This document shows, in pieces, positions 1 through 10,330 of a DNA stretch of 64,000 nucleotides (position 1 is the first letter of the stretch; every line of letters starts with the position of its first letter). The translations under genes and the position numbers were made by a program. The notes under the pieces were generated by a model. It ran no database searches. It was not told the origin of the DNA and was given only the letters and a program-made list of their open reading frames with translations. The stretch comes from Bigelowiella natans CCMP2755 (taxonomy: Eukaryota; Protista; Cercozoa): the NCBI GenBank assembly GCA_000320545.1, contig ADNK01000588.1, positions 1 to 64,000 on the forward strand, given 5' to 3'.

Positions 1-20
1 CACAAGTCACATAATCTCAA

Positions 21-62
<42 letters not shown>

Positions 63-64
63 AC

Positions 65-157
65 CCAGTTTCTGACACAATGCACAGGAAGATCCGCCCT
101 CACAACCCCAACGAGGTAATACGACGCAGCCAGGAAGCTGAACAATACCCTGCACAT
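65..157 (-). CDS. First exon of a cathepsin C / dipeptidyl peptidase I-like protease; gene continues off the left edge
   Basis: Reads MCRVLFSFLAASYYLVGVVRA-DLPVHCVRNW, then a GT donor into a (GA)n intron. A signal peptide followed by DLPVHC matches the protist cathepsin C exclusion-domain N-terminus. Confidence 0.65.
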
Positions 158-847
158 TCTCTCTTTCCACGGGTTGGAGAAACTGGTTGGGGGAGTGGTT
201 CCCTCCTCGTGAATTCAATTTCCACTGCTCTGAAGCGATGACGTCCACCCTAAACACAGGCGATTTCCTATGATTTCCTTGATTTCATGCTTCGGCATCG
301 CAGGATTCACCCTTCAAAAAAACACATCGAGCGTTCTTTTTTTGAAAAAACTTCCGAAATATTATTTAAAAATTCCACGAATAAATTATCAATATTTTAA
401 AGCCTTCGGTCGTAATTTCGCGCTCTTTGGAAATAGCATGTCGTAGTTATGAAATCACCAGAACTCCTGCCAGGAAATTATTCCATTGGAAGCCAGGAAA
501 TCCAGAAATTCTTGGGAAATCCCATTGTACGTTGTCGCAATTTCTTTTCCCCATGCAAATCTTTCTGCTTTTGTTTCATAGATTATGTAAACGCATTCTT
601 ACGATGTTCCCGGCTCAATTTTTCTCCCCGACGCGTCACGTGGAACCGACGATCGGCCGGATGGTAACGGTTTGAGAGCAACGGTGAGTCCAAACTGCCG
701 AGTTCGGAGATGGGGGGGGGCGTTAACGTAGCTAATTCGTTGGCTTGGATCAGGTGGTGTTGCTTGTCTTGAAAGGCTCCATATAAAATGAGGAGTGGGA
801 AGTATCTTCAATAAAAGGGACAAGTAAGTGGAGCTGCAGCACTTGCG

Positions 848-3026
848 ATGAATACGATCGAGCTCTCGCTCGCGATCCTCGATGATGAGGACCAGGTGCC
901 CATGCTCCACATTTTCCCAAGATGAAGTGATTTTGTTGATGAGGGAAGACCGAACGTTGATGACACGGATGTGCCATGACAAATTATGTTGATGAATGCC
1001 GAAGAAACTGATCGTCGATAGCCTTGGTGATCATCGAGGAGATTGTATCTGAACACTATCTATGAATGAATAACCATCTTGCGCAGAACCGCCATCACAA
1101 GACTGAAGAGTCTCAGATTCGTACCATAATGGACGAGTTACGAGACACGCATCATCCGAAAAGTTCCGCCGTCCTGGCCAGGGCACTAGCTCGTTCCCAA
1201 GATGTCAAGACAATACTTCGACGGCAGCGGCGGGTACAGAATCAGACGAGGACACAAGCGACCGAGCAGAAAGAATCGAATTTTTCGAATCTTGCTTCGC
1301 CCGTCCAGACGAGTCGTGAAAGTCCCAGAACTTCCGTTGGAGACTTCTCGTTTCAAAGGCAAAATCACAGGAGATATGATGACGCAAAAGGTTGCTCCCT
1401 ATTTCTTGATCGCTCATATTGAATCGTTCCCTGACCTGTTACTGCATCGTATGATAGGGATAGCAAGAGAAGACTTTACGAAGGGATGGGGGAAGAGTCG
1501 AGAAGGGCAGCATAAGTATCTCGCTCTTGTATTTCACCGGGCGGGAAAGGGAGGGCTTGTCCCTCAGGAGTTCGTCGAGGATTTCAGGAAGTACAACAGG
1601 AACTACATCGATCTAAAGCTCTTTCGAAAACACGGAAATGGCATTAAGTTTGAGAGCGAGTTCGAGGAAGACCACTTTAAGCTCTGCTCCGACGCCGCCA
1701 TCTGGAGCTTCCGGAAGGCGAATTTGGAGGTGGGGTGGGTGTCATGTCGGTTGGAGGCGAGAATTTTATATGTATTGCAAAAATGGAACTGCACATGACT
1801 GCGATACGATGAGGCGACATAATACGTGGTGTTTTTGCAGGTGGAGGACTACATATCTGTTGGCGGGGACAAACGGTATGTGCTGGTCGGTGCCTCAGAA
1901 GAGAGGCTTTTGACGGAAGCTGCTCGCATCGGCTTGCGATTCCCGCTCGATGGAGAAGAGGTTCGTGCTCTGTACACACAAGGCTGTTCGCTCAAGGAAA
2001 CTTGGGAGAATAATAAATGTTCGGTGCTTCTCCACAGGTGTTCGATGCTGTGCTGGACATGGGGCTCCCTCTCGCCAAGAACTTGGGTTATAGGAGGTAC
2101 TGTTTATCTTGACCTCTTCTTCGATGTGAGAAAGATGTGAGAGGGATACGTAAGTAGCTCGTCCCTCTCGATCTTCGCGAGAGTTGCGTGAGTAGTCTTT
2201 GCTCTCTGCCCATGTCTGATTGGTCGTAGGGAGATATACGAAAACCTGAGGGGCAAGTTCGGCTCGAGGAACCCAAGGATGCTACGCCTTTTCAAAACGC
2301 AACGGGAAAGCGGTACCCACTCTCGCGCATGCTGCATGCAGCGTGTAGAATGCATTTATTATGATGTGCTAAGTACCTACAAGTCACTGCCCAAGATCGA
2401 TCGGCTAATTGCGTTTCTTCTGTCTTTCTTTCCAAGGATCGTGGCTTCGAGACTTAGACCGGATCTCCCTCATTCTCAGGATCATAGAGCTGGATTTGAG
2501 GGAGGGGGGCGCGGGCTACCCCATTAAAGACAACATTCATAGGAAGAGCTGTCCTCTCATAAATTACTTTCCTCTCCACGACTCCGCCAGGGTGATGACC
2601 ACCACATCCCTCGACGGATGGTTACCGTGGAACTTGCAAAAACATTGCGCTGCCTTCGGTGGAAGTGATCATTTATGCGAGCGGCAGCGGTGTCGGAGGG
2701 CCGGGGAAGAATGGCATTGTTTATAGCGAGGATAATTATAGCGACGATAAAGCGATATCTTCTTTGTGATGCCATGTTTTGCGTTGCCCCTCCATCATCC
2801 CAATTTTCACACACCCCTTCCCTCCTCTGCCCACAAGATCGAGAAGTTATACGCTGGGAGGCGATATTTTCTGCCGACGTCGGACATAATGTGCACGGCG
2901 CTGAGTGACTATTTCGGGTACTGCGACCACGATGCCTTGAAGAGCAGCCGATTCTGCTGTACTAACACGAATACTTGCATGAGTGTGTATAAATTTACAT
3001 TTATATATTTGCGCGTGCGTGATTGT

Positions 3027-3065
<39 letters not shown>

Positions 3066-3873
3066 GCACCGCACAACTAGGGCTCAAGTTGGATTTTACT
3101 TCGCCTTCCTGCGATTTTACACGATCGGGCTCGTCCCGCTGTCCGTCTGTGGGGTTGCAGCCTACATCCAGCAGGTCGTTGCGGAAACGTTCGACGTCGA
3201 GATGAGCTTCATCATCGCCTTCATGGTCTGTATCTGGGGCCCCTGCTTCATCGAGATGTGGAAGCGCGAGAGCGCGAGGTACAGTATGAAGTGGGGCATG
3301 CTAAACTTCAAGGCGGAGGAGGAGACGCGCTTTCAGTTCCATGGTGAGAAGACGTATTCGCGCGTTGATGGTCAGATCGTTCGCCAAGCCCCCGTGTTCC
3401 AGACTATTCTACGGCGCATCGTTAGCATGTCTGCCGTAGCCTTTTTGATGGTCCTCTCGATCATGGTGCTGATCACCCTGTACACGTACCGGCAGATATT
3501 GTCGCTGCGCGACGTGTTTGGCAGCGCGGTGTTCACGACGATATACGGCTTGATCGTGGCGATGATGAATCTCCTGTATGGGGTGCTGGCCTGGTACCTG
3601 AACGAGATCGACAACTACCACACCGACTCGCAATTTGAGGAGGGGCTGGTGGCGAAGATCTTCTGCCTCAAATTCGTCAACAGTTACTCGGTCCTCTTCT
3701 ACTATGCTTTCCTGAAGCAGTACGACACGGTAGCGGCATGCAGCTGTGTTGTTGGATATAGTGTCGTCGTTGTGATTTGTGGAGCCAGGAAGCATCAGAG
3801 CGAAATGCTCGCTTTCCTCTCATGTTTTCTCGCTTCTCAGCAGCAGCAACATCGTTGTCACCACCACCACTAC

Positions 3874-3909
<36 letters not shown>

Positions 3910-4808
3910 TGTAGTCATATCTTGTGTAGGTGTACCCGTGCAACAATGACCTCAGCCTTCCCCAGAGGTACCCCGTCGAATGCAGCTATTTGTGCGCGCG
4001 TGTGCGTCCGTGTATGCGGGTGTATGGATGGATGGGTGGTGCTGTTGCCGCGGTCTCTAAGCTTCCCTTTTCCACCACTAGCTTGATCGACGACTCTACC
4101 TGTCTGGCCGAGCTCCGGTACCAGCTGCTGACGCTGAGCATCTCGCAAGTGATCATGGGAAACTTCTTCGAGTACGGATTCCCGTACCTCGTGAAGAAGA
4201 GCGGGCGGATCTTCCTGTATGTGAAGAAGCTCTGCTTGTTCCTCTGCGGTAAGAGCTCGCGGAATGAGGTCGTTCCAGACTCGACGCAGTGGCGCCGCCG
4301 TTCCAAGGTGGAGAAGCAGTACAGCATGAACACGTATAACTCCCCGCTCTCGGACTTCGACGAGCTCATCCTCCAGTACGGGTATTTAACCATGTTCATC
4401 GTCGTCTTCCCGCTCGGGCCACTGCTGGCGATAGTCAACAATCTCGTCGAAAAGCAGCTTGATCTTTCCAAGCTCTTCTACTCAATGAAGCGGCCGGTGC
4501 CGCATGGAGCGACCGGGATCGGGTACTGGAAGCTAGCTCTGTCTACGATAGCGCTCATCTCTGTCGTGAGCAACCTGCTTCTCCTCACCGTGAACAGAGT
4601 CCCCACAGCCTTCTGGAATTCAGTCGCGGCATCGTCCCCTCTGATCTTCATCATTTTAGAGCACGTCATAATAAGCGTGATGGCCATCGTGAACAAATTG
4701 ATCCCCGATGTGCCGAGAGAAGTGAAGGAACACACAGCCAGGCAGGACTATCTCGATAGAACACTAATAGGAGCTTTGGGCCCGCCTCAATCGAATTTTA
4801 AACAGTAG
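848..4808 (+). CDS. Anoctamin/TMEM16 family Ca2+-activated channel/scramblase, multi-exon; 5' start tentative
   Basis: Family motifs YVLVGASEERL, NYFPLHD, DYFG..VGFYFAFLRFY, FIEMWKRESA, EIDNYHTDSQFE..K.F..KFVNSY..FY.AF, DFDELILQYGY.TMF...FPL.PL.A..NN..E...D..K, IG.W and IPDVP. Stop at 4808. Confidence 0.9.
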
Positions 4809-5281
4809 TAGTAGGCGGCTCAAGGGCGTCGCAGTGACTTGTATAGATAGACATATACGTCCACACAATGCATTATATTGTAAAGCTACAGTGTGTAGCA
4901 CCATGCATTGTCTGGCTGGCAAGCACCGACCGGCGGCCCTGCGCGCGATCTGATACTCGTATTACGTCTTTCCCAATACACAATAAACTACACAAATGCT
5001 GGCCAAGCATTGTTTTGGAGACACGCACGTGTTTATTAGTCTTGCAAGTCGCCGCCTTCTAATCGCAGCTCAAGGCGACGACGACATATTATACGAAAAA
5101 GGGATAACGCGCAGACGATTCACGCATCAGCAGGTATTGCTCATTGTAGCCATGTATGCATGAAAGACATCACAACCGAAACGAACAATTGATAATTTAA
5201 GCGCTGTGGGGCGGTGCTTTGCATATAGCTACATTCTTAGGATGATCGACCATATTAAAATTACTTAATTCATTTGTCCAC

Positions 5282-5456
5282 TACATCCGTCTCATCGTTA
5301 GTTGTACATATATGCATCCACGATTCTAAATGCTTTTCGAGTCGCCGCGCGTTCGATCAACGCACATATATACTCGCGCGCTCGCAGGCGCTTTGAAGCT
5401 ATTATGCATGCATGCTATGTGTGGCGTGTGCATATGGCTAATATGAGACGGATGTA
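5282..5456. mobile_element. Putative MITE, Tc1/mariner (Stowaway)-like, with TA target duplication
   Basis: TACATCCGTCTCAT (5282-5295) is the exact reverse complement of ATGAGACGGATGTA (5443-5456), with no ORF between. The same 14-mer recurs at 26279-26292. Confidence 0.55.
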
Positions 5457-5501
<45 letters not shown>

Positions 5502-5898
5502 GCAGCGGTCAGCGCCGCTGGCGTAGATATATATATAATATAAAGTTGTAGCGAGCTTCATGTAGTCGGCAATATATGAGCGTGTGTTACATGCATTTAG
5601 CACGACTATACGACTCAATCCAAGGGGCAGTACGCTACAGCACGAAACGAACCATACAATTTCTACACCTCCTCCTCCTCCTCCTACTACTACCGCTACT
5701 ACTACAACTACTACTTCGAGCTAAAGATTTCATGTATTTGTGGGCTGAAAGACGTCCTTTCGATGATATCCGACACATCTCGGTTCACACAGCCAACTCG
5801 AACAATAATGATATAATAATGATTATAATGGAAGAGCTTTCCGGTGCAAAGCCCCGCCTCCTTCAAATGCATAGCTAGAGGAGCAGGGATGGCGTCGA

Positions 5899-6466
5899 TC
5901 AATCCTCGATCGTCACCGCTTCGCCCTTGTTCCCAAGCTCAGCCCGCAGCTCCTTGATAGTCTTGTTCTTCTTCGTTAGCATCTGGAAAGAAAGTCAATC
6001 AATGATTAGCATATTGGTAATCCTGCTCACCAGAGGTTTCAAGCATTGCTATGCAGGAGCGGTGGAGTGGATACATGTGCAGTTTCCTCCTTCTTTTGTT
6101 GTAAGGTACTACCGCTTTAAGGCTCTGGAACTGCTTTGAGGCCGCGAGTTTTCCGTCGAGGCTTTTCTGCACGTTGTAAGGGGGGGGGGATGGGGGAGGG
6201 TGATGGATTATCGAATATGATACTGACTGATGTTCCCCGCTACTCGCACCCTAATGTGTGCTCTCACTAGCCATTGTTCGTGCTCTCGCCATAACGCAGG
6301 GCAGATTTGAGGGGAAAAGGATTCTTTCCCAAAATTCGTAGTGAATTTGGTCTTTTCGCTGTACCCCGCTATTATTATGGCTCATGCGGCACCTTCAATT
6401 CACTAATCTCGTTTGTCGCAGCCTTCAGCTTTGCCTAGGTTGTTGATAGTATCGGATTCCGCAAGT

Positions 6467-6498
<32 letters not shown>

Positions 6499-7765
6499 GA
6501 GAGCGCATCATCGCGGAGAGAAGCACAGCAGCGTCGTGCACAAGTGGGCTACCTCCAATCCCTCTAATGAGGAAGACGAAGACGAGGGAGCTGTTGCAGC
6601 AGCGCCCTGTAACTTTTCCTGTAATTCTGTGTTCTTCTTCATCACCTCTCGCATCTGCATGTAAAAATATATCGTATAAAGGACACACCACTTCCTTCCC
6701 CCCCCCCCCCCCCATCCTGGAACACGTATTGTTACCCGCACGAATACACGCACAACTTCGCATGTGTTTCGATTGGGGCAAGCATTTTGGTATCAATTCA
6801 TCTTCATGTGGTGCGGGGGCGAGACGTGGTTAGACGACCTGGGCGCTCAGCTTTTTGATTCGGTCATTCAAGGATGCCTTATCCTGCTCGAGGTTGTTGA
6901 CTTTCGTCACCAACTTTCCGTCTATTGCGTTACTTGTCAGTGATTGGAGGCCCTTCTTCTTGGTTGGAGAAGGTAATCTCGCGCTTGTGAAGCTCATAGT
7001 TTTCATCCCCTCGATTCTTTTGCTGATTTATTTCGTCGGAGGAAAAGAAGGAAATGAAAAATGAGACCCAAAAAGCGAGATAGAGCTTCCGACACTACCA
7101 GCAAGCAAAAAACCAACAACAGCAGCAGTCTGGCAACATCCCATATGTGCAGAGTATTACGCGTCGTCGAGAATTTCAGGGCTGACTTCGATCGTGACGT
7201 CCTGACCCTCAGCTTGGAGGTACATCTGCTCCAGAAAGATCCCCACCTGGCAGAGCATCCTTTCGAATTCGGATTCTGATTGTGATTTTACCTGATGTAG
7301 GTTTGTGTGTGTACGTGCGTGTGTGCTTCGTCTGTGTGTGCGCGTGCGCGTCCTCAATAATATAACCTCCGTTTTGCATTCCTCGAAAAGGGCCTCGACC
7401 TCGTCGCAATTGAACATTGCTTCTGGATCGGGGGCTAGCCTACGCCGCGGTAACAAAATCACGTCGAACCACCTCGACAATCAGGGCTGTTCGGGGCGAT
7501 ACCATTGAATAATGAAAGATACACACACACAAACGCACACTCACTCACTCACTCACTCACTCACTTAAGATTCAGAACGTTTTCAATTGGATGTGTAATT
7601 TCCGAGGTTTGAGTTGATCTTTTCCCACGAAAATACTTCATCACAGCTCCAAGCTGATGATAAGAAAGGTAAGCTTGAGGACATCGGATATTGCCAGTTC
7701 TACAGGCGGGCATGAACTCGGACCTGCTTTGTGTGGGTGTTGTTTAACTTGCACGTCGTTGCCAT
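5899..7765 (-). CDS. LZTFL1: LZTFL1/BBS17 homolog (BBSome trafficking regulator), multi-exon
   Basis: Spliced reading MATTCKLNNTHTKQ|LGAVMKYFRGKR...RLAPDPEAMFNCDEVEALFEECKTE|VKSQSESEFERMLCQVGIFLEQMYLQAE...MLTKKNKTIKELRAELGNKGEAVTIED* resembles both the LZTFL1 N-terminal domain and its C-terminal LTKKN..IK.LR motif. Confidence 0.75.
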
Positions 7766-8459
7766 GATAAGCCTTAAATTCTGTCTGCTCCATACATGAT
7801 AGCAAAAAAGAAAGGTCATTCATTTGCCGATGCTAACAAACCCTCAGACCGGCCCAAAGCCTCCAATCTATAGAAACGTGAGCGGAAAGGCTCGTGAATT
7901 TGGGGAAGAGCTGCAGTCGTCACTTCATGTGAGGTTCCGATGATGCACATAGAGGGGGACGCACCGTTGGCAGTTTCAGGATTTGTTTCGAAAAGGCTCC
8001 AGTATTGTTGTCGCGGTTGTAAAATGCACGTCGAAAATCGTCATCTTTCCCTCATCCAGATTTGTTCCAGAGTGGATATTTCCGGTTCCCAAAAGCGCCA
8101 GATACGCAACTGAAGCTGTTTGAGGATAGAACTCTGAAAATGCATGAAAATCATATATGCGACAATGGGAGAAAGACGAATTTAATAAGTAAATGCCGGT
8201 AGGAAGTTTATCCTTCAGAAGCGAGAAACGCAACCGAAAGAAACTGAACCAGTTGGCAGAACAAGGTGGGAAGGGGGTGGTAGTCACAAGGAGGCCTAAG
8301 TTGTACACTTTTCCAATTGATTGAGAAGGTTCATGGCCTGCATCAACATGCTATATCTCAATAAATAAAACCTTTCGACGGAACCTTAGAGCGTCGTCTG
8401 AACGAACTATCATAACAGCGTTTGCCCGTTGACTGATAAGCAGAAGTTCGGTTTCCATA

Positions 8460-9708
8460 ATGGCTGGTATCCCGGGTCAAGGCTTTTTTGGGCTCGTGGC
8501 TTTAGGTAGGACACGAGAAATAAGTTTTGGCTCAGTTTGGAGAGAAGCGGAAATATGGGTTGACTGTCTGATGACTCATGCCTTTTCGTGCCGTTGTTTG
8601 TAGGCCCTGAGGACCCATTCAAAGAAAAACTTTACTCAACATTGAACCTCTCCAAGTTTTCGGAAGAAGAAATCACGAAAGCTTTCAAGAGCATAGGTCC
8701 AAATTCGATGTGAGATTAGTAAAATGTAATGCGCGTCGATTTGAGTACAGTTCGTCATGTAGACAAGGATGGAAACGGATACATCAACACTGATGAGGTA
8801 CTTCAACTCAAGCTCTTTACTGTTTTCTAATAGTAATATCCACTAGATTTCCCTATCTTACCCATCCCATTCCAATTCACGTATTCTGAATATCTTCCTA
8901 GGTGAGGTACATGCTGACGACATTATATGGAATGAGAGAACCCCCGGAGGAAGACGTAAAACGGTTCATGAAGGTAAAAGACTTTCATCTTACACGAAAG
9001 TATAACAACTCACATAGCATTGATGTAACTGGAAATCTCATGAAAATCAACAAATAGAGATTTGACGCCAACAAAGACGGCAAGATCTCGTTCGAAGAGT
9101 TCCAAAAGGCGATACCGGAGGTAAATTCCAATGCAGAGAAACAAGCCTTACCCAAAAGAGATAGTACTTGATTTACGTTTAGTACATCATAAATTATGAT
9201 CTATTGCTACAGGTACAAAAAGAAGTGAAGGAGGAGTTGAAGAAAAATTCTGCTGCTTCTACGAATTCACATTCATCGCTTCACAGACTTCGACGAAAAC
9301 ATGTTAGACTTAATGCAGGACCTACCAAAAAGGTGTGTCGAAAATCCCTCTATTACCCACTCGAAAATTGTGCCCAACCTACAACACACCCACCACGCGC
9401 GTAGTGTCCTATGCTAAAAATATTTGTGTTCTGTGTATTGTCTCCCAGTCCTAACATTCTAATATTTATTCTGCTTCACGTTCTTTGAATGGATGTTACA
9501 GTTCGGGACCCCCATGACAACGTCCCAGGAAATCGGATGGCAGCAAAGATCTACGGCAGAAAAGAATAAAGTATGATACATATTTCATGTTGATTTTGAT
9601 GTAGAGCTAATATGTGTTCTTGAACAGAACGATCCCCAAAAGCCTAAGAACTCGTGCGAAGAAACTGTGTTTGCATCCGACATGATAAAGTCAGGCATCT
9701 ATTATTAG
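8460..9708 (+). CDS. EF-hand calcium-binding protein with a C-terminal PxTTSQEIGW (FAM183/CFAP144-like) motif
   Basis: Short exons give MAGIPGQGFFGLVALG..., EF loops DKDGNGYINTDE and DANKDGKISFEE, then FGTPMTTSQEIGW and KPKNSCEETVFASDMIKSGIYY*. Confidence 0.75.
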
Positions 9709-9953
9709 AGCGAAGGTGTGAGCTGTGATAGATCCACTTTCATCCTTGAAAACAAAGCATTTTGATCTCTGATTGATTCACATGTCAAGTTTTTTCCATA
9801 ATCACAGTGTCTCTATTGTTCGCAAAAACAAGTGTCCTTGTGTCAGCATCCGTCCATTGACAAGTGCGCATTCATTCATCAAAACACGCGTGCGCGTGCT
9901 CACCACAAGTAGCTGCTGCATGTACAATCGTGGGTGGTGTGCAGTGTGCACGT

Positions 9954-10279
9954 TGTTGCGCGTAAGGTGTTCACAGGCCGAGGCGCTACGTGCACAAGTA
10001 GGCAGGGGGGGGGAAAGGCACGTTTGCTTCCTTTTGAAGAGTTGTGTTTATTTTTATTAAAGATTATATTTTTATTAAATCGTGCACTGCGTAATCATTC
10101 GCGAAGCTTTCGCGAATGCCGCCGCACGTGGGGCAGCACACTTCCGGTGTGCTGCCATGAGTCCCGCCGGAACCCACGTGCCTATGCTGTATTAATATCT
10201 ACGTTATCTATATTCTATATCCGCGACAACCCCTTTGTTGTCGCACGTGACTTGTGCCCGCGTAGTGGTACGCGCTACA
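9954..10279 (-). repeat. 3' LTR
   Basis: TGTTGCGCG...CGCGCTACA, a direct repeat of 15344-15669. AATAAA clusters on the minus strand. Confidence 0.95.
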
Positions 10280-10289
10280 CCTCCCCCAA
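10280..10289 (-). other. Polypurine tract
   Basis: Minus strand reads TTGGGGGAGG directly before the 3' LTR. Confidence 0.8.
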
Positions 10290-10330
10290 GTCACGTTGCT
10301 CCTTCCTTCCTTCCTTATTCCCTTAGACCT

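Noticed and set aside
1202-1798. 198-aa ORF as a standalone gene
   Set aside because: Its 3' part splices in frame into anoctamin N-terminal motifs, so it is an exon mosaic.
9934-10326. 130-aa ORF repeated at 15327-15731
   Set aside because: It is the LTR read on the antisense strand and has no protein features.
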